Under the pieces are notes generated by a model. That model saw nothing but the letters and a program-made list of their open reading frames with translations. It did not search any database and was not told the origin of the DNA. A DNA stretch of 63,896 nt, counting the filler, from Corallochytrium limacisporum Hawaii (Eukaryota; Protista; Pluriformea), in the NCBI GenBank assembly GCA_002811645.1. It is 6 parts of 6 records of this genome, joined end to end, with 100 filler letters (N's around TTAATTAATTAA, not from the genome) between each part and the next. Parts side by side here need not be neighbours in the genome. Positions count along the whole stretch, not along the records: positions 49,139 to 60,646 come from PDIP01000145.1; positions 60,747 to 63,896 come from PDIP01000085.1; 4 more parts are not named here. One strand, given 5' to 3'. Shown here one piece after another: positions 52,533 to 63,896 of this stretch. The position numbers and the translations under genes are program-made. Position 1 is the stretch's first letter. The number at the start of each line of letters is the position of its first letter.

Positions 52533-55500
52533 GGTTCCCCGGCAAAACTGTAGAGAGTGATCGTCGTGACTTTGGGAAATCTTGGCTGAGATCACTCAGC
52601 TATTTACGATCCAATGAACATGGAAGTAGAAGAGGATACCAAATATAACAGAATCTTAGAATCATGGGCATTCCAGATAATTTATACCATGGCGCACCAT
52701 GACGGTGTTCAATTCAGAGGAATACCGCACCACAATGTGCACGTCTGATGGGGCCCCGTGTCAATAGTGCACACAGAAATGAAGCCCCAAACCCCAAAAA
52801 GTCCGAAGTCAACATCAACATATATTTCTGATACTGATGAGGGCCCTCGTCCTGATGCATCTTCCCCGACCTCGCCCTTCAAATCGACATCAATCATATC
52901 CACGGTGACCCATCCGATAACACACGTCTGCCTCCACTGCACGAGTGGGCAGGAACCCTGAGGGTCCATCTCCACTTGGTTCTAGCCACTCCCGGCAATT
53001 GTCCAGGGCGAGTTCAAACACATCGGGAAGGAGAGTTTCAGTAAACAGTGTGTTGGTACGGTATTGCGTAGACTGCGATAACGCAGGAATAATGAAAGAG
53101 TTAGCGTATAGGAATGTGCGTTCCCATACGCAGTCCCATCTCTTGCGAGCACGCCTCCACAAAGACTTTGTCCTACTATGCATCAATACAAACAAACAAA
53201 GTTATACAGCCGTCAAACATCACACTGTCTAGGCGCACATGCCCAGGGCCCACAACAAAGTACACGTAAATCCGTACGCTCCCGTGGGCACGATGGATGC
53301 TCGATTTCACAGGCAAGGCCCCACACCACCACCACGTCCGCCAGTGATAGCATTCCTACTAAAGTCCCCTAACCCCCTTTGGGGCCAGCCGGGTCCTGGT
53401 ATCTCTCTGCCGGTACTTTTACTATGAATCACTCCGTTTTGCTTTCCGAGTGCGGGGACTGGTGCCAGTATGGGTGGGAGCTATTGTCATGTGGGTGGGT
53501 CATTGATTGGCTTGATTCTTGAGTATGGTGCGTTGGGCGGATGAATGCTTAACGAACACATCCAATTGGAATCCCATAAACTAGCAATACCTATTGATCA
53601 TGGTCTTGAAGATCTGGCTGTTTCCTAAGTTCTCGTACTGTATGCCAAATAATGTCACAGATAAGAGCATAAAGCCCTGCCGTAGCTGATTGGTGAAGAC
53701 TACTATTTTTCCACAGTCAAAAGTTAGCGCATTCCATCTGAGGGATTCTGGTGTTACCCCTCGTTCCAAACATTCCAATCTTGGTGGTGTTATCACATGG
53801 GCTTGACCCTATATCTGCCCTCGATGAACTCTACAATATTGCACAAAACTTCTGTGGCAATCAATAGAATTCATTCTTCAATCCATATATTTGCCAGTGC
53901 AAACGATCTGGCATCGAAGTCTCCTTGCAAAACTTCGCGTAGATCGAAACAGAGGACACCGCGTACACTTGAAGAACAAAGAGCGCGAGCTCATTTACTC
54001 GTGGATAAGGAGTCAGGCACAAAAGGGTTTCAGTGGTCATGGAGAGCTCTGTGAGCTAGACTGGCTGCGGCAGTTGCTGACAGTCGCCTCTACATGAAAC
54101 GCGCGTACCAGGTGGTAATGTTTTAGCAAGAAGCGGCTGGCTACGTGTCTGCCAGTGAGACGAATCTTACCACGAACAAGACTTATTTGGGACAGTTTTG
54201 AAACCCGGACATTAATCTCAAACGAAACCAATATCCCCGTTGCATCAGGCCAGGTATATGACACGCTGGCCGTTTCCTATCTCACACATGGCACTGTACG
54301 GCGCACACCAAATGCCAGCCTTCGGTGTACCCACAAGCGTGCATCGGTGAAAGAAATTGAGTTTCGCAGCTGCCAATGTTGTGGTTAGGGAGCTATTACA
54401 GGTGTTCACGGCAATGCGAATTCAAGACAACAGAACCATATCCCGCCTCGGGTTGAACACCTTTACTATTCATGACTGTTGTTAAGGAGACTTCGAACAT
54501 GGTTCTGAATTGGCTCATCTAGACTCTTGAAGTCCTTATCCTCGTCTGCACGGGCTCGAACTGGCCCTTGCGAGTGATCCATAGGAGGCAATCCGTGGCA
54601 CTTATGAAAATTGAGCTCCTCGCATTATGAGTGGCAACTACGCGGCAAGTAAGCATTAAGCATAGATGCTGCACATCTAACGTACACCTATTCTGACCCT
54701 CTGGTTTAGTTTTGGCCTTACCTCTTATCTATCAGTCGAACTCAAACCCCAAATGCTTCTCTGAATACTGGAACTCTCTCGAGGTGATGCAAACTGGTTG
54801 CACGAGCAATTCCTAGGCATCTAATGCCCCCATCATTTTGGACCACCCCCAAGGGTGGTATGTCTTATTGCATGGTAGGGCTTCCTCGGTGGTTGCGAAG
54901 GGAACCCTGGGCACGCGTGAGATTGGGGAACTTGGGATGCGAGACACTCCCTGTTCTCTCCCCTTGTACTTGCCCACAAGATGATTGATGCTATCAAGAC
55001 CTCTCATAACCTCTTTAGTGTCATCGGGCCCCACTAAGATCCCCATTGAACCACTATAAGACAATGTTTCCGGTCCCTCCCCTCGACCCCTGCGGACGGA
55101 GCGCCGAAGGACGTTGGTATAATATTGGGACTGCACTGCCACACGAGGCCAACTGGTTGTGCCAAAGGGAGGGGCGTAATGGGAGCCCCCCCCACCCGGG
55201 GGGGGGGAGGGACGGCGGATGAAAGGGAACATGTTACAGCCTCGCTCGGACTTCCAAAGTTCCAGTTTCAATACTTGCCGAGTATCTTCAATCTATTGGG
55301 CTTGTGATAGAGAGAACATCTGTCTAAGCTTTTCCATTATGATCCTCTCAACGTAAACGATTGGTATTCTTGGACTATGTATCCAATCACTCTCTGCAAT
55401 CGTGCGTTCCAATCTATCGTCAGTCAGTGATGCATGTATACGAGCGTTGCGTGTATTCAAGCGTTCGTGCATGGTATGATAGATGAAGATGGGGGATCCA

Positions 55501-55644
55501 GACCATGATGAGACAGACACAGAGAACGGTTAGAGCGCTGCGAAAGGTATTTATTGAAAACGGAGAGTAAACAAAGATCAAGGCGGCTGCTCATGACCTA
55601 GAAGCCTAAATACATTGTTCGTGCACCACAAAAAAGAAGTTAAC

Positions 55645-56292
55645 ATGAAGTTCAACACCGAAGCTTTGCTGATGCTGGTTGCTACCAGTAGCATGATGGT
55701 TTCTGTTTAGGCCAAGCCCAGTGTTGATACAAGCAAATCTGATGAGAATGCAGTCAACTCTGACGAGGCTTCAATCAACTTTGAATCGGCACACTCTCAC
55801 GGCGTCACCTCCGAGATTAAGCCCCTAAGTGACGACAACTCGAGGGTCATCAAGCCTTCTATCAACACTGAATCAGAGCAGGTCTCAATTTTCTGTTATA
55901 GGCTCAAGTACAAGATCCTCTCAAACACCTGCGAGGTGACAGAAACGGATGGTCAGTGCCCGGTAGACTGGACGAGCGAGGTAAGTTTCAGTGCTGGATC
56001 ATCCCAACGCACCGCCAGCGCGTCGAGTTCTACCTGTACAACTTACCACAGCTTTGGCGCGTCCGAAATGATGCTGCCTATCCATAACGCGGGATTCCCA
56101 GGCGTCAACCCTGCTCCGGAGCTGAAACAGGTTATGAACATACCAGGCGCTACAGAGTCAATCAACTCGGTCCAGACCCTGCAGCTCCCTAATTTGCACT
56201 ATCCTTATGAGTCGCAGGAATTGGAGATCTCGTACACTGGGGATGACCAAGCTTTCGCATGCCGTACCACCTACAAGGTGACGTGTGCATAG
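55645..56292 (+). pseudogene. Secreted Cys-containing protein gene with an in-frame TAG at codon 22 (pseudogene or base-call error)
   Basis: ATG 55645 gives MKFNTEALLMLVATSSMMVSV*AKPSV... The TAG is at 55708-55710, then the frame is open into the 55936-56292 ORF (same frame). Confidence 0.65.
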
Positions 56293-59040
56293 TGATGTTG
56301 CCAAACTCATATTCTGACAGTATGAGATCGTGTAGATTCAAAAGCTTGCCACAGATTTACTAGCCGAATTCCCCACAGGGGCCTTAACTCTTGGCTTTCG
56401 CCGGCCTCACATATAGATTTAGAACATAGAGTACTCCATACAGACACGTCCTTTACCTTGAAATGTTCAGTTGCTGATACCCGTATCCCTCTTCCATTCG
56501 GAATGAAGGGCACTCTAAGCAAGGGCCCGTTTTCAGGGTCACACAGGAACCGATCTTCACCTCATCCTTTTGCAACCCCGCAAAGACCTTTTGTGTTCAG
56601 AATCTAAATGCACCCCTGCTGATCTTCCATGAGCAAGATAGATTCCAGCGGAATCTGGTGGAGTATGAGAGTAGAATAGAGCATGTGTAGGGATAGGAAC
56701 GTGAAGCATGACGCATGATAAGCATGCGCCACCGCGCTCCCTCCCCCTACCCAGCCCTTTAACGGATGTGTGCAGAAAACCCTCTCAGTGCGCTCACCAT
56801 GCACTCCGACTGCTCTCCCTTTTGTATCGATGCCGATACGGATTCCGTTATTGCGGCTGAGCTATGAGATTTCTCTGCTTTTTCCACTGCAAGGAGCAAA
56901 TTTGATTGCAACACACATCAATAGTGAGCTGGGGAAACCATCCAGTGAACGAGCAATCGGTACAGACGCATATAGTTGTGTAAGGGTGTTCAAGGAAACC
57001 ACACCAACGAGGGTACAAGCTGTGGGACTATTAGATGTCGGACTCTCTGCAGTCCCGGGTCCTCGTGCTCAAGGAGTGACACCCCGGACGTCCGACGCTG
57101 CCAGACCATGCCCAGTACATTCAAAATACTCAGCTGCTCATTTGCCTCTGGCCCTCGGCTGTCCACTGCGGCAATGTGCCCTTGTTGTCCGTATGTGTGC
57201 CTGATCAAGGCAGTGCGGTGTAGCTGGTTTTGGCCACATAGGAATCCCAATGACGTGTGGATACAAATTCTGCGCACAGAGCGATTCGTATCGGGGGCGG
57301 GTGCAGGAAATCTGTGCGCAAGAGCATCGATAGCTTACCACTAAAGGTGAACGACCCACATGTATTTTCGGTGGTGGCACTTTCCGATTCAGCTGGAAGG
57401 GACCGGTCCGTGAGCCCCATCTCTCTTGCGCGTACCCAAACTGTATTGTGGCCCCTCCGGGGCTCAGTGCTTTAAAATTTTTTCTTCTCCCGTCCTTGTT
57501 CCGTTCCCTTTCTCGCTCTCGTCCTCGTTCCGCCCCAGCCTAGCCCTTTTCGCGAACCTCCCGGTGGTGAATCCGAAGTTATTGACCAGGAAGAAGTTAG
57601 GCGCGCGCGCTTTAGCTTCCGGTGCCGACAACAGCCATCCTTCGGATAGTTGGCCGGGTAGAGAGTCTCGTTAGGAAGGTGCTCGTATGCCTGGAATGCG
57701 TGCCAGCCCCGCCGAAGAAGCATTTTTACTTCTATACTGGAGCGGATCGTACATTTTTCTTTGTTGTTTTTCCTTCTCTACCCGGCAGATCGGCGGGTAG
57801 TGGCAGAAATTTGTCCCCGTACACTTGCTCGGAAAGAGAAGTTGCTGCAGTTGACGAAAAAGGTAAGTGATGTGCTCCGCTGTAATGTTGTTATTGAAGG
57901 CTCGAACTATGTGCGCTGGCTCGGTACGCATATTTGTTCATGGATTGCGGCCACCCCGGGAGTGCTGGCGAATATGTCACACCCATTCTTTTGGCGGAAA
58001 CGCCAGGAGATCTGATTTGCTTGAGGGATCCTATTGGGCTTTACCCCTACTCGTTGGCTAACCCGCCCTTCCAATCTTCTTGTTCATAGGATACCACAGT
58101 GAGGTTACGCACGTCCGAGATATCTTCGTGCACACGTGGGCAAAACAATTGCTTGGGCACAGGACTTTCTTGTTGAGAAAAAGTACCCGTACCGTATGCA
58201 CACCGAACAGTTTCAAAACTGCCTGATTCCGATACCACCAATACCCACCAATTTAAGGTCGGAAGCATATTCACTACGTGTGGAAGGGGCCCGGGCACGC
58301 CGAGCCATTTCAGAAGGTGGGCTGTATGAGATACTGGGGCCGGCAAACAAAAAGCCCAGGGTTGGAGAATTGTTTCCGCCGACGACGAGATTAGAGCGCA
58401 CATCAAGATCATCAAGGCTGTTTTCAAAAGAGATGACACGTTTTCCTAAGGAGTTTCCCATGAATTCAACCACTGTTCGTGCAGGAGACATGCAAATTCA
58501 CTAGCCTGCTATGCTTAGGTAGTATCGGCATTTTCAAACAGACGCACTCGCCATCTACCCTGAAGGCATATCAGACAATCTCCCAGGCTATGATTAACGA
58601 AACACAATAATCTGCTTTTGTGTCCGCTTAGTTATCAGTGGAAAGGGTAGTATGGGTTCCGCATGCAGCACTCTGGTAATCCAATGTCCATACAGAGACT
58701 ATTGTCAGTGACAATGCACACACACTGAAGATGGAGACGGCCCGGTTGGATAGCAGGACAGCCTAGCCCGTTCAATGTACGAGACCGAGAAAGTTAGGCT
58801 TAGAGGGGAAAAGGGAAGAGGGCGATCCGATGTTTAAATGGTCGCAAGGGATCTATTGTGGGTTGTGGGGTCAACGTTAAAAATTTCCGTGTTGCATCCC
58901 TCAAGCACATGCACTACTCTGGCGCAAAAGAGCTATTTAAGAGTGTGCAACTTCTTCCGCTGAGGCACAGGAAATCATGATCAGAGCCGAAGCCATCCAA
59001 TTCATAAAAGCCCCTCTGAAGAACTAACTTTCTGTTAACA

Positions 59041-59481
59041 ATGCAGTTCCGTATCGCCGAGATCGCCGTCATTGCTACCTTGCTGGTTGGAGCAGTAGCT
59101 GATAGGAAGATCCAGGTCGATGGACTTGCCTGCGAGCAAAATGAAAAGAGAAGCGTTGGTGGATCTCTCAGCCTGAGCGCCCATGGAGGCAACCACCGTA
59201 GTATTTATGTGGAAGTTGACGACAAACAGAACTTTATTCTCTCTCTGCATGACGAGAACCTCTGGATTTCCGTGACTCCCAACACTAGAGTTATTCTTGG
59301 GGCGCAGATGAACACAGTGAACCCAGAGAACCCAGAAGATGATGTCGTTCTCTTTGACCGTTTTAGGCCTCTGATGGTCACTAGAAAACCTGTTGACGAT
59401 GGCGAAGTTACATTTAAAAGCATGAAGAACGGTATTAAGTGTGAGATTCTGTACACTGTCGTAGAGCACGTAGAGGAGTGA
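59041..59481 (+). CDS. Small secreted hypothetical protein (beta-rich, two Cys)
   Basis: 146-aa ATG ORF with signal peptide MQFRIAEIAVIATLLVGAVA. TATTTAA lies 107 nt upstream. Confidence 0.7.
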   Translation: MQFRIAEIAVIATLLVGAVADRKIQVDGLACEQNEKRSVGGSLSLSAHGGNHRSIYVEVDDKQNFILSLHDENLWISVTPNTRVILGAQMNTVNPENPEDDVVLFDRFRPLMVTRKPVDDGEVTFKSMKNGIKCEILYTVVEHVEE

Positions 59482-60519
59482 GTAAATCAAGCAGCAGCTG
59501 CTATTGGTGTGCCCTGACTTCCTAGATAGCAGAGGTCTCTGGTGGCTTTCCTTTCAGAATCGAATCGGACTTCCCACCGACTGTTCCATAGTACTCACGA
59601 TCGCACTGACCACTACGAACATTTATAACCTTACAGCGAATAGATGACTAAACTTTTTTGTGTACCGAGTCCGTATAGACTTGAAAGAGAAGCATCGAGG
59701 GACAATTCGGTATTTACGTTTGAATCTAATTGTCAGCGGATTTTGTGCTACAGATAGTAACATGAGCGGTGGGCTTTGGAATCAAGTTACGGTCCGCCAC
59801 CTGACGGGACCGGCGGCACCACGTATTTGCAGCAAAGATCGTGACCCCAACCCTTTCGGCCACTCTTAAGTACACTCAAATTTAAGATGGTCCTATCTGT
59901 CGGAGGAATTGGCAATGCTATCCAGGCACGACCTGTGTTGTATCCTCTTGCACAGTGTGCGTTGCGGATGGTAGCGACCCCAATGGCTTTACAAGACCGG
60001 CTGGTAGCCACTGCAATAGTGGGGCGGACTCCCATTCTGAGGTATGTGAATTTGACTCCTATTCTGCGTTTTCTTTTCCGGGCTAGTTTGCTGCATCACA
60101 ATGTACATGACTCCCACATACCATGGTAATGTAGGTATGTTGTGCCCCATCGCATCCATGCTCCATTGTAGGATCGATCAAGTCTGTTTTGTGCCGTCAA
60201 CTGGATAGCGCGACGGATCATTGTCACTTTTAAGCGACCATCTTTTACTCCCCGTGACACATTTGAGGCTCCACAGCCAAGCACCTTTCCGGCCTGACGA
60301 GCATTCATACAATGTTGATGCAAAGGAATATCAGGCCCTGAAGGTGGATGCGGTTTAGATCTTGGTTTTCTTCAAAGTGATGGAAGTGGACATATTTTTC
60401 CTTTACGGCTACGAGATACGAGATCTTCGGTGTCAAAATGAGGGCAAAACGTATCAATTCTTGAAGGATGCTTAGGTATTGCATTCAATCCTTAAACGAA
60501 GTATGTGGCAATAGTTTAG

Positions 60520-60849
60520 TACTATCCTCTGCGTCGAAATATTGCTCCAAATCATATTTAATCAACCGGAATAAGGAGGGAGGGAGAAATTCGCGCCAAC
60601 CGAGTTCAAATTCGAACTCAGCGACCCCGAAACCCTCTCTGACCCANNNNNNNNNNNNNNNNNNNNNNNNNNNNNNNNNNNNNNNNNNNNTTAATTAATT
60701 AANNNNNNNNNNNNNNNNNNNNNNNNNNNNNNNNNNNNNNNNNNNNCGCTGAGTTTGAACGCGCAAAATGTTTCCCGCCACAGCGGTCGGGATTCGAATG
60801 AATTTGATTTGAATAGATTCGGCCTAATATTATGAGACAGAGGGTGGTA
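60520..60849. mobile_element. Putative MITE of the same TIR family, interrupted by a scaffold spacer
   Basis: Right end AATATTATGAGACAGAGGGTGG-TA; degenerate left end TA-CTATCCTCTGCGTCGAAATATT. Internal inverted pair TTCGAACTCAGCG (60611) / CGCTGAGTTTGAA (60747). Confidence 0.5.
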
Positions 60850-63800
60850 TACCCTTCGACTCTCGCCAGAGACTGTAATTGGGAGTCTATTTTCAATCAC
60901 TACTTGGGGTTGACCCGCGATCCTCGTTGGCACAGCCCAATACCCAGTGCTGTTACCCGCTTGCAGTTGCAGGGTCTCGGGAGGACGGCCACTTGGGTTC
61001 TTCAATGACATCAATAGGGTCCAACGAACATTCTTTCCACACATAAGAAACATGGATAGGCCCAAGTGGTAGAACAGAACCACACGTCGAGGGCATGAGT
61101 GAAGTGTACAAGTAGTACAAACAGCCATCCCATTGACATGTAACCCTTGGAAACAATGATGCAGTCGTTTTAGCCGATGCCAGCACTTCGCCGGCTCTCT
61201 ATTACCTACTGGGACCCCACCCCTTGCAAAGCCCCGACCTCGCTCGCCCCAGGGTCCCAGTTGGTAGTCGGGTAGGACTACCAAGCTTGGGGTTTGGTCG
61301 ACCTAGTCGCGTGTGCTAAGTCGGACCCCGGGGGTGGGATTCTATTTTACTCAGACGTCGTGAAAGTTTGCGAAACGCAGCGCGTTCGGAACGGGTCCCC
61401 GCCCGTGAGCTACGAACGGGGGTCGCTTTGAGGGCCCGCGGTGCCCATATGGGCTGTGTATTACAATGGCAGTCATCGAAAACCAGGCTAGATATGCTTC
61501 CGTCCAGCAAGAGGAACGTCTGCACACAGATTGCACGAACTGCTATGCGAAACATGCTATTATGGAGGCAGACTTTTCCCTTGCAGTATCACCGTGTGGA
61601 ATAATCCCAGCGGAACGAACCGGGGAGAAATTTTGGGTTGCAATTCAGAGCATGTCCGTGGTGACCATTCTGCTGTGGAACTAAAAAATAACATCTTGCT
61701 AAGCATGCGTTGACGTCCTCCTGCCAACCTCATTACATGGATTTCGACCGGACTTGTGGCAAGGTGTTCATTCTTCTTGTCAATCGACAATTGGACTCCG
61801 CCGTGTGCTTGCAGAAACGTTTTTGCCCCGCGGTTCCTCCAAACGCAGCATTCTCTGGGCCAATCGGGCGGCCATTTTCTGATACCGAGTTTTCGCGCCA
61901 AATTGACACAAATCCGCGATAGCATGAACGCCCACAACTAGGGATTGAAACGTACCTTGCATTCTACCAAACCACTGCCAGGAAACAGATGACACAGACG
62001 ATGATTTTGGAAGAATACTTGACGCATAGAAAAATTCTTAGGCAGCCTGTGGTGCGAGCATGTGAGGGACTGTGAGGAGGAAGGATCAGAGCGAACTGGA
62101 TGTTCATTCGCAGGAATTTTGGATCCATTTTTGTCGTACTTTCATGTCGATTTACCCAAGTCACCATGGTCATGATCCGGAAAACCTAGGAATGGGATGA
62201 TGCAGACTTCACATTGGAACTATCGGTGACTGAGCACGGACTGACATGGTCACATGCTGGCCACTCTATTGGACATGCATATGATAGTACTCTGCTGGCG
62301 ATGTTGAATAAACAATGGGAGAGCGTCTATCCATTTAAGTGGTTGAGTACAGTCACCCATCACCCCACTAACTGTATGCCTCATTTGGAACTTGCCTGCT
62401 TATGCGGTTCCGATGATGATGATGAAAATTGTTGATGTCGTTTGTTCCTTGCCGCACACGAGTACTGGCATTGGGACGCTAGGGACGAAGGCATGCGAGC
62501 ATGCCTGCATATCGCTACGATGGTCGGCAACGGAATATCCAGACCTCTGAAAACGAGTATGCAGGGCCGTGGTGGCTGTCAATCATCAAAACACTGGGGT
62601 GCGGGGGGACATAGCAGCCGGACCACGGTGGCCTTCCTACCCTAGGCACTACGTCCGCTTTCTCTTTCTCATTCCCTCGTCGACCAGTCGTCTATCGAAA
62701 CTCCAACCCCCCCCGGGGGGAAAACACACGAAAGTGGAGTCAAAACAAGGGGGACACCTCCCTTACATTTTCTATTCTCGACGGGCATTCAAAATGTTCA
62801 AGCGGAAGAAACGAGGGGCATGGGGGCGGTGGGGAGTGGGCCAGGGGGAGGGCCGCTTTATACTTGACTGCGGTGCGTGTCTGACGATGCCTTATCACTA
62901 ACACCATACTGCAGTCCTCAGATTAACAACGTTGATACCGGGGCTGCTGTCAGATGCACACATTCTTGGCTTTTTGTTGCCTGCATAGTTGGTAGTGTCG
63001 ATGAACACTCATACCGCATACGAGCAGCAACACACGCAATGGACTAACGGCCATGTTGTTCTTGCGGTCTGTCTCTCTCGCTGTCTCTGCCTTTCGCACT
63101 CCTGGGCTTGTTCCCTCTTCTCCGCCCACCTGGGTTCGCTCACCCGAAAGGAAAGGCCCCTCCCCCCGGTCTGCGCGTGCCCGTTGGCCGGTGGTAGCTT
63201 GCCGGTCGCCGCCGTTTGGTGCAACGCCACACTACTCGTCCATTCTCCCAATAAGAACCCCCCCCCCACACACACACATACACACCTCCTCTCGTTCAGG
63301 GGCAGGACTGGTGTGGAGGTGGGAGGAAAGAGGAAACAGCACCGGACTGGGGGAGGGGAACGCCTCGGGAAGTGAGCAAAAAGATTAGGGAAAATGTTAA
63401 AAAAGGGGGGAAGGTTCACACTCCGGACACATTTTGGTAACAAGCTCGGGATCTTGCCAGACCTTCGGCCGGTCAGCATCGTTCGACGCTTGCCCGACCA
63501 AATTTTTCGTTTTCTCTGTGCGGGGGTGTCCCTAATTGGACCAACACTTGGTTTTTTGGGTCCCCTTTGGCTGCCCCTAGCGATTTGGCGCGAATTTCCA
63601 ACTGACCCAGGCGTTCCATACTGAACGTAAGGAAGAAAATTTCAGGCATTCACCAAATGCGGACACAATTCGGCCCTTCGAGTGCGCCAGGTTTTCGCAA
63701 AACTCCAGTGGCCCAGACGCAGTCCCCCCCCCCTTCTTCAAATGTCACTGCTCCGTACGCGACCCGCCAAACCCGAGTGAGGGAGACCAAGTGAGAAAAA

Positions 63801-63896
63801 GTTAAGAAGCACCCGAGCGAGAGAGAGACAAAGAACAGGACGCCGAGGGGAGGGGAGTTATTGTATGGAGGAAAAAACGGACAAGGGGGAGGACGG

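Noticed and set aside
61316-62435. Short ORF fragments as a transposase or pseudogene
   Set aside because: No recognisable DDE, RT or other motifs.

Overview
Eukaryotic genomic scaffold with several N gaps, including five artificial 100-nt N44-TTAATTAATTAA-N44 spacers. Every recognisable gene is one uninterrupted ORF, which suggests a very intron-poor unicellular eukaryote. A holozoan such as Corallochytrium is my inference, not something the sequence proves. Housekeeping genes lie at the sides: an hnRNP F/H-type qRRM protein, TRM8/METTL1, an FBXO31-like F-box protein, an SLC25 carrier and ABCD4. The centre (about 18.6-48.5 kb) is an accessory block of secreted and surface proteins. Main finding: a candidate alpha-1,4-GalNAc/GalN exopolysaccharide (GAG/Pel-type) modification or degradation cluster. 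It has two tandem Agd3/CE18-like deacetylases, two PelA-hydrolase/GH114-GH166-like TIM-barrel glycosidases, and a membrane-anchored protein that fuses a non-catalytic Agd3 N-terminal (CBM87-like) region to thrombospondin repeats. A 10-cysteine module that I cannot name occurs 10 times across both enzyme classes. The block also holds a GT31-like/DUF115(Maf)-like hybrid glycosyltransferase, an ETX/MTX2-aerolysin-like toxin, a claudin-like protein and an ankyrin protein. Stowaway/mariner-like MITE ends and a secreted-protein gene with a nonsense codon were also found. All family calls rest on motifs recognised by eye; no searches were run.
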